Shown here piece by piece: positions 9,502 through 16,775 of a DNA stretch of 24,000 nt (within the stretch, counting starts at the first letter, position 1; each line of letters starts with the position of its first letter). Origin of the DNA: Enterococcus montenegrensis (GTDB taxonomy: Bacteria > Bacillota > Bacilli > Lactobacillales > Enterococcaceae); contig NZ_CP120467.1 in the NCBI RefSeq assembly GCF_029983095.1, forward strand, positions 2,778,933 to 2,802,932, given 5' to 3'. The notes under the pieces are model-generated. The model was given only the letters and a program-made list of their open reading frames with translations, was not told the DNA's origin and searched no databases. A program made the position numbers and the translations under genes.

Positions 9502-9751
9502 AATTACAGACAGATTTTTAGTAGGTTTTGCCACCCATTAAAATGGCACCTACACTTTTACTGTCGGTTATATCATTTATATCATCCTGGGATTATACTT
9601 CTATCTGATTGCAAACATTCTAGTTATTTAACCAAAAGATAGACCACGATTGTAAATTGAATTCCTGTTTTTTTCAATCCGAATCATTTCAGCAAATTTA
9701 TAACTTGTCACAAAATGACGACCTATTACTAATAAAATAAGCTGACTATGT

Positions 9752-9997
9752 CTATGCTTTTCTACCAAAAAAGAACGATACGACTGCCACTAAAATAACT
9801 GCACCAATAATAGAAGGTACAATTGCCATTCCAGCTAGAGTTGGACCCCAATGACCCAATAAAGACTGCCCAATCGCAGAACCAATTAGACCGGCAACGA
9901 CATTTACAATAATTCCCATTGAACCACCTTTATTTGTAATCGCACCTGCGATCGCACCAATGACACCACCAACGATTAAAGACCAAATTAAACCCAT
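9752..9997 (-). CDS. GlsB/YeaQ/YmgE family (transglycosylase-associated) small stress membrane protein
   Basis: Glycine-zipper membrane sequence MGLIWSLIVGGVIGAIAGAITNKGGSMGIIVNVVAGLIGSAIG, typical of this family. The ATG at 9997 is preferred over the GTG at 10003. Confidence 0.8.
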   Translation of the reverse strand: MGLIWSLIVGGVIGAIAGAITNKGGSMGIIVNVVAGLIGSAIGQSLLGHWGPTLAGMAIVPSIIGAVILVAVVSFFFGRKA

Positions 9998-10203
9998 TTT
10001 CACTCACTTCTTTCTACCAATATTTATAATAATTTTCATTTTATTGCTTTTTTGGGTATCCATAGAATACCCTCTTCTTGCCTAAATTAAAAACAAAACG
10101 ACTTATTTTTATCTTTTTTATGCAATATATTTTAATTTTTAGAAAATTTTAGGTGGATTTGTTTTGTGGGGTGCAAAATAAAGTGTTCGAACTTTTTTCA
10201 GTC

Positions 10204-10245
10204 AAAAAAAACATAGACCAAGTCATTTACATAACTTAGCCTATG
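10204..10245 (-). terminator. Rho-independent terminator closing the tldR/gRNA locus
   Basis: On the minus strand: CATAGGCTAAGT-TATGTAAATG-ACTTGGTCTATG (12 bp, 2 G:U), followed by T8 (10211-10204). Confidence 0.75.
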
Positions 10246-10464
10246 CCCCAGCCTCTTTTTAAAGAAGCTGACAATGGTTTATCATAATTAGTGAGCGGAT
10301 TCCTAGAAACAAAAGTGCTGGTGCACTTTTTATATACCCAAGGCGATCCCTGGAGCCCCTTCCAGTTCTTAAAAAAGAAACACTTTGCAGTTAGTGTTTC
10401 TTTTTTTATCTGTCGGAAATAGTTTTTCAATCAAATTCTCTTAAACTAAAAAAATTTTCTAATT
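10246..10464 (-). ncRNA. Candidate TldR guide RNA (omega-RNA-derived scaffold plus guide). Boundaries are not resolved, and the scaffold may begin inside the tldR 3' end (to about 10660).
   Basis: About 220 nt of non-coding sequence lies immediately 3' of a TnpB-like ORF, which is the canonical omega-RNA position. It has dense local hairpins: CTGGA-AGGGGC-TCCAG, CCAGGG-ATCG-CCTTGG, AAAAGTGC-ACCA-GCACTTTT and CAGCTTCT-TTAAAA-AGAGGCTG. It is locally GC-richer than the flanks and is bounded by a terminator. There is no credible ORF. Confidence 0.5.
10371..10407. terminator. Palindromic A/T-flanked hairpin (bidirectional terminator shape) inside the post-tldR non-coding region
   Basis: AAAAAAGAAACACT-TTGCAGTT-AGTGTTTCTTTTTT(T). 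It could terminate tldR mRNA and a short gRNA, or it could be a scaffold stem. Confidence 0.45.
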
Positions 10465-11550
10465 TTAGTTGGCTTTTTGCTTTGAACAAAAGACTAACTC
10501 TTTTTCATACCAATCGGCTTTATATTTCAATTTCAAAAGGAGACGATTCCAGTCACTTAAAGTAAATTTCTCTTCAATATTTTGCAAAACTGGGGTACTT
10601 TGATTATTTTTCTGCGTTTTAAGGGCTTTGTTGCCCTTGTTTTTTGTTTCATCGTCTCCTGCTGCTGGCATTGTGACCACGATACAATCAAATTGGCGCA
10701 CAAGAGCAATCGACAGTTGTTCTGTAAAGTCTTCTTTTTGCTTCATTTTGCGGATATATAATTGTTGGAGGCGCAATTTTTGTTTTTGATAATTTTTAGC
10801 TTGTTCCAACTTTACATTGCGTCGCTGTGCACTCTTAGCTCGGATGGCAAGGCGCCGCTGCGCTTTTTTTAGCTGCGCTAAAAGTTGCACTTGGCAAAGC
10901 GTCGGTATGCCGCGCACTGCCACACTTGGCTCAATTAGTGTTGTCCCATTATAGGTAATTTCAATTTTGCTACCGGTTTTTGGCAAAGCAGTACTATCTT
11001 CTTCACATAATAAAGAAACATAAAATTCCTGCCGATTTTTAGCAGAGATAGTGGCCGAGCGAATTTTTCCCGTCACATTACGATGTTGATGCAACAAAAC
11101 TTTACTTTTTAACTTTGGAAGCTTCAAGCCATCTTTTTCAAGATAAATAGTATGGCCTTGATTATTTGTAGTATAAGACTGCCACGCACTTTTTTTGCTC
11201 TTTAGTTTCGGATAACTGGCATGGCCGCGATAATAATTTTGAAAGGCTTTTTCCAAGTTACGTTGCGCATTAGCCAAAGCTAAACTATCCGTCGCTTTTA
11301 AAAACGAATACTCCTTTTTTAGTTTAGCTGGCGTTAACTTTTGCGTCTTTAACCGCTCTGAAGCTGGATTTGTAAAAGTTTCGCTGTTATCTTGATAGTT
11401 TGTCTGCCGCAGTGTCAATAACGTGTTATAAGTAAAACGAACACAGCCAAAAGTTTGAATAAAAAATTGTTTTTGCGCTTCATCAGGATAAAGCGCAAAT
11501 TTATAAGCTTTTAATATTTTAATTGGTACCTGCCTCCCCTCACTGATCAT
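10465..11550 (-). CDS. tldR: TnpB-like nuclease-dead protein (TldR-type RNA-guided DNA-binding repressor candidate), oppF-associated
   Basis: 361 aa. The N-terminus KAYKFALYPDEAQKQFFIQTFGCVRFTYN is the OrfB_IS605/TnpB signature. FYVSLLCEE precedes the RuvC-I position, where GIDLG is replaced by KIEIT (D to E197). The RuvC-II motif IxIEDLNVKG is replaced by IVVTMPAAG (E to T293). The ORF stops 12 aa after YKADWYEKEL, so the zinc finger and the RuvC-III DRDxNAAxNI motif are absent. No tnpA is nearby. The start codon is uncertain because GAGGGGAGG lies inside the first codons. Confidence 0.8.
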   Translation of the reverse strand: MISEGRQVPIKILKAYKFALYPDEAQKQFFIQTFGCVRFTYNTLLTLRQTNYQDNSETFTNPASERLKTQKLTPAKLKKEYSFLKATDSLALANAQRNLEKAFQNYYRGHASYPKLKSKKSAWQSYTTNNQGHTIYLEKDGLKLPKLKSKVLLHQHRNVTGKIRSATISAKNRQEFYVSLLCEEDSTALPKTGSKIEITYNGTTLIEPSVAVRGIPTLCQVQLLAQLKKAQRRLAIRAKSAQRRNVKLEQAKNYQKQKLRLQQLYIRKMKQKEDFTEQLSIALVRQFDCIVVTMPAAGDDETKNKGNKALKTQKNNQSTPVLQNIEEKFTLSDWNRLLLKLKYKADWYEKELVFCSKQKAN

Positions 11551-11572
11551 TACTTCAGTTGTGGTGGCTTTT

Positions 11573-11616
11573 GGTAGGGACGTTCCCCTTGTCCCACCTA
11601 ACCTTACCTAACCTAA
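11573..11616 (-). repeat. Hairpin plus (TTAGG)-like pentamer tract immediately upstream of tldR
   Basis: On the minus strand: TTAGG TTAGG TAAGG TTAGG (11616-11597), running into the hairpin GGTGGGAC-AAGGGGAAC-GTCCCTACC (11598-11573). Confidence 0.6.
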
Positions 11617-11626
11617 CAAATTTTTT

Positions 11627-11750
11627 AAAAGAAAAGCTGAATGAACTTGGTCAACTCGCTAGCAATAAGGCGAAATCTTGATAAATTGTTCTTCAAATTT
11701 ATCAAGATTTTGACTTATTGTCGCCGAGAGTTAGTTCATAAAGCTAGACA
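11627..11750 (+). repeat. Palindromic intergenic repeat unit A (REP/MITE-like, reminiscent of Enterococcus EFAR elements)
   Basis: 124-bp unit AAAAGAAAAGCTGAATGAAC...GTTCATAAAGCTAGACA that folds as a long imperfect hairpin. It is about 80 percent identical (by eye) to 16099-16222. Confidence 0.8.
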
Positions 11751-11870
11751 AAAAGAAAAGCTGAATGGATCGTTTAGCCCTGAGCCATAAGATCAAAATT
11801 TGCTAAAATGCCTTTTTCATTTTCGTAAATTTTAGCTTATGCCCGAAGGGCTGATTCATGAAGCTAGACA
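11751..11870 (+). repeat. Palindromic intergenic repeat unit B (same termini, divergent core)
   Basis: It starts AAAAGAAAAGCTGAATGG and ends TTCATGAAGCTAGACA. The interior is again a long imperfect palindrome (GCCCTGAGCCATAAG... / ...CTTATGCCCGAAGGGC). Confidence 0.7.
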
Positions 11871-11911
11871 GCTAGAAAAGCTGATTGAACTTTCTCAGTC
11901 CGCAAGAATCC
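11871..11911 (+). repeat. Partial third repeat unit abutting the oppF stop
   Basis: GCTAGAAAAGCTGATTGAAC repeats the unit's 5' terminus and is then truncated. Confidence 0.55.
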
Positions 11912-11913
11912 AA

Positions 11914-12867
11914 TTACAGTGCCACTTGGCTTTGCGTCGTTTTTTGCTGTAATTTTGCTTGGTACATGGTAATTTCATCTTCTGAACAATAAATATAATG
12001 TCCTTCTGCAATTTCATGCATTCCTCGCTGTTTGCCATCATCAGGTTGGGCCTGATATTTAATCCGCTTGCGATTACGTTCATGGTCTGGATCTGGTAAT
12101 GGAATTGCCGACAGCAAACTTTCCGTATATGGATGAACGCCGTGATTATAAATGGCATCACTGGTACCCACTTCCAGCAATTTGCCTAAGTGCATAACAC
12201 CAATGCGATCACTGATATGTTTTACCATCGACAAATCATGGGCGATAAATAAATACGTCAAATTTTGCTGTTCTTGCAAGTCTTGCAATAAATTTACCAC
12301 TTGGGCTTGAATGGAAACATCCAAAGCTGAAATTGGTTCATCACAAATAATAAATTTTGGTTTTACGGCTAAGGCGCGGGCAATACCGATACGTTGCCGT
12401 TGTCCGCCGGAAAATTCATGGGGATAACGCGTTCCATGACTGGGATTTAACCCCACCGTTTCTAACAGTTCATCCACTTGGGCATTGCGTTCTTTTTCAT
12501 TTTTGGCAAGACCATTAATATCAATGCCTTCTGCGATAATGTCCCGCACTTTCATGCGAGGATTTAAAGAGGCATACGGATCTTGAAAAATCATCTGTAC
12601 ATCGCGACGAAATGTTTTTAAGCCTTCTTTGCCTTTAATTTTCATCACATCTTGGCCAGCAAAATCAATTTCTCCATCAGTTGGCGTATTTAAGCGGATA
12701 ATCGTGCGCCCGGTGGTGGATTTGCCACTACCGGATTCTCCCACTAAGCCAAAAGTCTCGCCTTCGTAAATGTGAAAGCTAATATCATCCACTGCTTTGA
12801 CTTCGTCTTTACGTCCGACATTGAAGTATTGTTTCAAGTGAGTTACGTTTAATAAAACTTTTTTCAC
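11914..12867 (-). CDS. oppF: Oligopeptide ABC transporter ATP-binding protein OppF
   Basis: Walker [10 protein letters not shown], signature FSGGQRQR, Walker [13 protein letters not shown], and the oligopeptide/dipeptide C-terminal domain (HPYT). GTG start with GGAGG 7 nt upstream. Confidence 0.9.
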   Translation of the reverse strand: MKKVLLNVTHLKQYFNVGRKDEVKAVDDISFHIYEGETFGLVGESGSGKSTTGRTIIRLNTPTDGEIDFAGQDVMKIKGKEGLKTFRRDVQMIFQDPYASLNPRMKVRDIIAEGIDINGLAKNEKERNAQVDELLETVGLNPSHGTRYPHEFSGGQRQRIGIARALAVKPKFIICDEPISALDVSIQAQVVNLLQDLQEQQNLTYLFIAHDLSMVKHISDRIGVMHLGKLLEVGTSDAIYNHGVHPYTESLLSAIPLPDPDHERNRKRIKYQAQPDDGKQRGMHEIAEGHYIYCSEDEITMYQAKLQQKTTQSQVAL

Positions 12868-12879
12868 GCGGCTACCTCC

Positions 12880-13929
12880 TTAGGCTTCTTGTTTTTCTTT
12901 GAAAATTTCCCAACGACGAACAATTTCGGCCGGTGGGGTTACTTTAGGGGCTTGTGGTGCTAAGAGCCACGTTGCCGCTTTGTGGGTTTCAGAGACGTCA
13001 AAATATGGTGGTGCTTGCTCGGTATCGATTTTTAAAGCAAATTCATTACGAGGATAAAAAGCGTCCCCTTTTGGTGGTTGCAGTAAATCTGGTGGCGAAC
13101 CTGGAATAGCATATAGGCGTTCTTCGCCCCCTTCTAAAGTCGGCATTGAACCTAACAGCCCCCATGTATACGGATGTTGCGGGTTGTAAAAAATTTCTTC
13201 TGCCGTTCCAACTTCGATAATTCTGCCCCCATACATGACTGCCACGCGATCAGCCACGTTTGCCACAACACCTAAGTCATGGGTGATAAAAATGATCGAC
13301 GTGTTAATTTTTTTCTGAATATCTTTCATCAACTCTAAAATTTGGGCTTGAATTGTTACATCCAAAGCGGTCGTTGGTTCATCAGCAATCAGAACTTCCG
13401 GGTAGCAAATAAGCGCAATGGCAATTACGATCCGTTGCCGTTGTCCACCGGAAAATTGGTGGGGATAGTTTTTCAATCGTTTTTCAGCATTGGGAATACC
13501 AACTAAGTTTAACAATTCCAATGCGGAAGCTAAGGCCTCTTTTTTAGACACTTTGTTGTGAATAATCAAAGACTCCGCAACTTGTTTGCCAATTGGCATG
13601 GTTGGATCTAAAGAGGTCATGGGATCTTGGAAAATCATCGCAATTTCCTTACCTCGAATCTTCTGCATTTCTTTTTCCGATTTTTTGACAATATCGGAAT
13701 TTTTAAAAATAATTTCACCCTTATCAATATTGGCGTTACTGGCTAAAAGTCCCATGATACTGCGAGTAGTTACCGATTTACCGGAACCTGACTCCCCTAC
13801 AATCGCCAAAGTCTCTCCTTTATAAAGGTCAAAACTAACATTGCGGATTGCGCGGACTGTTCCCGCATAAGTATCAAAGGAGATTTCCAAATCTTTAACT
13901 TCTAATACTTTTTCTGGCATCATCATCAC
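12880..13929 (-). CDS. oppD: Oligopeptide ABC transporter ATP-binding protein OppD
   Basis: Walker [37 protein letters not shown]. It overlaps the oppC stop by 4 nt (ATGA). Confidence 0.9.
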   Translation of the reverse strand: MMMMPEKVLEVKDLEISFDTYAGTVRAIRNVSFDLYKGETLAIVGESGSGKSVTTRSIMGLLASNANIDKGEIIFKNSDIVKKSEKEMQKIRGKEIAMIFQDPMTSLDPTMPIGKQVAESLIIHNKVSKKEALASALELLNLVGIPNAEKRLKNYPHQFSGGQRQRIVIAIALICYPEVLIADEPTTALDVTIQAQILELMKDIQKKINTSIIFITHDLGVVANVADRVAVMYGGRIIEVGTAEEIFYNPQHPYTWGLLGSMPTLEGGEERLYAIPGSPPDLLQPPKGDAFYPRNEFALKIDTEQAPPYFDVSETHKAATWLLAPQAPKVTPPAEIVRRWEIFKEKQEA

Positions 13930-14969
13930 TCTTTCATTTTCGGATCAAAGGCATCACGAAGACCATCAGCTAGTAAGTTGAAGGCAATCATAATGACAGA
14001 TAACGTAACTGCTGGTACCCACAATAGGTAAGGCAGATATTGGAAGGTTTTATACCCGTCACTTAACATTGTACCCAGTGAAGCATTCGGTGGTGTTAAA
14101 CCTAAACCGATAAAGCTCAAGAAGGCTTCAAAGAAAATCGCCGTTGGAATACTGAACATCATCTGGACAATAATCACGCTGGAGATGTTGGGCAAAATAT
14201 GTTTAAAGGCTATTTTGAAATTACTTTCCCCTAAAGTTTGGGCAGCCAACACAAATTCTTGGTCTTTTAATTTCAGCGTCTGTGCCCGAACGATCCGCGC
14301 CATTGGAATCCAGTTAGTGATGGCCATGGCAGCAATAATCGATGGAATACCCGGTTCAAAAACGACCAACATTAAAATCATCACAACTAAGTTTGGAATA
14401 CCAGAAAGAATTTCCAAAATACGTTGCATTAACGTATCCACTGTACCGCCTTTTAAACCAGAGATTAATCCGTAAGTAACACCAAAAATAATGTCGAACA
14501 TCGCCGCGATAAAGGCGATCAATAAAGAGACCCGCGTTCCCATCAAAAGACGGCTCAAAACATCACGGCCCAATCCGTCAGTCCCAAAATAATAATTCAA
14601 ATTATCCGGTACATTCGCTGCGGCATATTTATCGACTAATTGTCCGCCAACCATTGCTTTTCCGTTTAAGCCATTAATATCAATCCCAGGAATTCGTGGT
14701 GGCAAATTCATATAAGCAACATTTTGCTTCGTGGGATTATGGGGTGAAAAGAAAATTGAAATAATCGAAATCACAATAATCACAAGTAGTATCGCCATAC
14801 ATACGACCGCTGCTTTATTTTTTCGAAGGCGCCGCCAAGAATCTTGTAAGAAAGTCAAAGACGGAGCGGCAATCATTTCCCGTTCTTTAATGGTACTACC
14901 GTGGTACAGCTCAAATTCTGACGCCGGGATTTTGGCAATAGTATCATATTTTGGTTTTGCATTTTCCAT
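13926..14969 (-). CDS. oppC: Oligopeptide ABC transporter permease OppC
   Basis: 347-aa polytopic ORF with an OppC-type N-terminal extension and BPD_transp_1 core. Translationally coupled to oppB (TAATG overlap). Confidence 0.9.
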   Translation of the reverse strand: MENAKPKYDTIAKIPASEFELYHGSTIKEREMIAAPSLTFLQDSWRRLRKNKAAVVCMAILLVIIVISIISIFFSPHNPTKQNVAYMNLPPRIPGIDINGLNGKAMVGGQLVDKYAAANVPDNLNYYFGTDGLGRDVLSRLLMGTRVSLLIAFIAAMFDIIFGVTYGLISGLKGGTVDTLMQRILEILSGIPNLVVMILMLVVFEPGIPSIIAAMAITNWIPMARIVRAQTLKLKDQEFVLAAQTLGESNFKIAFKHILPNISSVIIVQMMFSIPTAIFFEAFLSFIGLGLTPPNASLGTMLSDGYKTFQYLPYLLWVPAVTLSVIMIAFNLLADGLRDAFDPKMKE

Positions 14970-15910
14970 TAGCCTTTGCTCCCTCCTGACACGCGGATTC
15001 GTGGATCAACGATGCCGTATAATAAGTCAACCACTAAAATGACAATAATCAACATTGCCGAGTACAAGACGGTTACCGCCATAATGGTTGGATAGTCGTT
15101 GGTGGTAATTGATTTTACAAATTGCTCCCCAATACCAGGGATCGCAAAAATATTTTCTACTACTAAAGAACCAGTCATTAAAGCAACTGCTAAAGGTCCG
15201 AGTAATGTCATCAAGGGAATCAAGCTATTACGCAAGCCGTGTTTAAAGGCGATTTCCCAACGGCTTAATCCTTTAGCTCGAGCTAGTTCTACGTAATCAC
15301 TGTGCATAACTTCCACCATTTCTGTTCGAATAAAACGTGCCGAATCGGCTAAAGGCGACATTGCCAGCGCAATCGTTGGTAAAATCGTATAGGCAAAACC
15401 TTCCCACTTAGCAATCGGCAAAATGTGCAATTTAATCGCAAAAACATATTGCAGTAAAACGGCGAAGACAAAGTTTGGAATCGAACGACCCAAAATCGCA
15501 ATTAAAGTCGCTAACGTATCCACCCATGTATTTTGTTTCATGGCTGAAATCGTCCCTAAAATAATCCCCACGAAAGTCCCCAGTAAAATCGCCTGCATCC
15601 CTAATTGTAAGGAAGGTCCCACGCGACCAGCCAATAAGGCTGCAACTGGTTGATTTTTAAACTGGAAGGAAATTCCGAAATCACCTTGAAGTAAGTTTTT
15701 CAGATACGTTCCATATTGCACGATAACCGGCTTATCCAAACCCATTTGCTTATTTAACAACGCAATTTGGTCTGGGCTTAAACGTTCTGCATTGGTATAA
15801 GGCGTTCCTGGTAACATTTTTGATAAAAAGAATGTAATCGTAGCAATCAGCCACAAGGTTACCAGCATAAAAAATAGCCGTTTTAGAAAATATTTGAGAA
15901 AGTCATTCAA
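14969..15910 (-). CDS. oppB: Oligopeptide ABC transporter permease OppB
   Basis: 313 aa with an OppB/DppB-type N-terminus (FLKYFLKRLFFMLVTLW). TTG start, with GGAGGAG 7 nt upstream. Confidence 0.9.
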   Translation of the reverse strand: MNDFLKYFLKRLFFMLVTLWLIATITFFLSKMLPGTPYTNAERLSPDQIALLNKQMGLDKPVIVQYGTYLKNLLQGDFGISFQFKNQPVAALLAGRVGPSLQLGMQAILLGTFVGIILGTISAMKQNTWVDTLATLIAILGRSIPNFVFAVLLQYVFAIKLHILPIAKWEGFAYTILPTIALAMSPLADSARFIRTEMVEVMHSDYVELARAKGLSRWEIAFKHGLRNSLIPLMTLLGPLAVALMTGSLVVENIFAIPGIGEQFVKSITTNDYPTIMAVTVLYSAMLIIVILVVDLLYGIVDPRIRVSGGSKG

Positions 15911-16098
15911 ATTATTTCTCCTCCTAAATAAAATTGAGAATATGCAACAAGAACAAAAAATGCATCAACTGCACATGAAGTGAAAAATTTTTTGCAGGTG
16001 GGGAAAGCTTCTGTTTTTTAAAACAAGTTCCCTACCTTAAGAAGTAAATGGTGCTAAAAAAAAACTCTTTTGACTTTGCCAAATGGATTCGATAAAGT

Positions 16099-16222
16099 AA
16101 AAGAAAAGCTTTTGAAACTTGGTTAGCGCTCAAGCAATAAGACAAAAATTTGATAAATGGTTCTTCAAATTTCTCGAATTTTCTGCTTATTGTCGCCGAG
16201 AGTTAGTTTGAAAAGCTAGACA
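16099..16222 (+). repeat. Palindromic intergenic repeat unit C (homolog of unit A)
   Basis: AAAAGAAAAGCTTTTGAAACTTGGTTAGCGCTCAAGCAATAAG...CTTATTGTCGCCGAGAGTTAGTTTGAAAAGCTAGACA, in the same orientation as 11627-11750. Confidence 0.8.
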
Positions 16223-16257
16223 TTGGAAAAGCTTTTGAAACTTGGTTGGCACTAGTC
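16223..16257 (+). repeat. Partial repeat unit following unit C
   Basis: TTGGAAAAGCTTTTGAAACTTGGTTGGCACTAGTC repeats the 5' arm of unit C. Confidence 0.6.
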
Positions 16258-16313
16258 TTTAGCTAAAAAACTTGCCCTGTATAAAAGCTACAAAAACCAA
16301 CAAGGAGTCCATT

Positions 16314-16655
16314 ATGAAAAAATATCCTCCCGCGTTTATTGCCGTCATTATCTTCGTTATCGCTATTATCTGGGGTCTGATCAAAAAAAATTTAAGTCTG
16401 ATCATGTTATCAGACACTCTGTTTATGTTGGGACTGCCTTTTTTGATTATTGGCATTTTGTTATGGGTTTTTTCCTCTGGCTTCTTCGATACTTTTCAAC
16501 GATCCATGCATGAAGCTGTAGGAAGAAAGCAAAAGAAAAAAGCTAACTATACGCCTTTATCACAAGTTGGCCAGGGTGTGTATCTTTTTTGGCTAAAAAT
16601 TGCCGGTATCATCTTAGTCTGCTCGCTCATTTTTTATGCCATTGGCAGCATTTAA
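16314..16655 (+). CDS. Small membrane protein (possibly DUF3899 family)
   Basis: AAGGAG lies 6 nt upstream of the ATG at 16314. 113 aa with 3-4 hydrophobic helices and a basic loop (GRKQKKKANY). A strong terminator follows. Confidence 0.65.
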   Translation: MKKYPPAFIAVIIFVIAIIWGLIKKNLSLIMLSDTLFMLGLPFLIIGILLWVFSSGFFDTFQRSMHEAVGRKQKKKANYTPLSQVGQGVYLFWLKIAGIILVCSLIFYAIGSI

Positions 16656-16704
16656 TAATTATTAATTTCTAAAGTATGACTACACCAATAGCAAAAATAG
16701 TTGC

Positions 16705-16732
16705 AAGAGGCTGGCAGTGCCAGCCTCTTTTT
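16705..16732. terminator. Bidirectional terminator between the convergent membrane-protein gene and oppA paralog 1
   Basis: AAGAGGCTGG-CAGTG-CCAGCCTCTT followed by TTT on the plus strand. A T-rich tract (CTATTTTTGC) follows on the minus strand. Confidence 0.8.
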
Positions 16733-16775
16733 ACTATTTAAATGACGTTTTGAGTAGCAACTTAAGTGTTACTTA

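Noticed and set aside
9457-9642. 61-aa plus-strand ORF after the GH13 gene, and the hairpin GTAGGT..ACCTAC at 9522-9554
   Set aside because: The ORF starts inside the GH13 terminator and has no RBS. The hairpin lacks a U tract on either strand, so I would not call it a terminator.
10236-10430. 64-aa minus-strand ORF (MKNYFRQIKKETL...) downstream of tldR
   Set aside because: It has no RBS and spans two terminator-like hairpins and the structured region, so it is better explained as RNA. Its segment PWVYKKCTSTFVSRNPLTNY faintly resembles a decayed TnpB zinc-finger/DRDxNAAxNI tail in another frame, but the match is too weak to claim.
10465-11616. Active IS200/IS605 insertion sequence
   Set aside because: There is no tnpA and the TnpB catalytic core is degenerate and truncated. 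No intact subterminal end pair or second copy is visible, so I treat it as a domesticated relic rather than a mobile element.
11627-11911. Possible CRISPR array, given tandem repeats next to a Cas12-related protein
   Set aside because: The units are ~120-bp contiguous palindromes with no unique spacers between short direct repeats. This is REP/MITE-like architecture, not CRISPR.
11895-12161. 88-aa alternative-frame ORF within the oppF 3' end
   Set aside because: It overlaps the conserved OppF C-terminal domain in another frame and has no independent support.
15990-16040. Hairpin GGTGGGGAAAGCTTCTGTTTT..AAAACAAGTTCCCTACC upstream of oppB as a terminator or riboswitch
   Set aside because: It is an imperfect stem with bulges, has no U tract on either strand, and matches no riboswitch or T-box motif I recognise. 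It may be 5' UTR structure, but I cannot support a call.
16259-16456. 65-aa minus-strand ORF opposite the small membrane protein gene
   Set aside because: It is antisense to an ORF with a good RBS and terminator, and it has no signals of its own.
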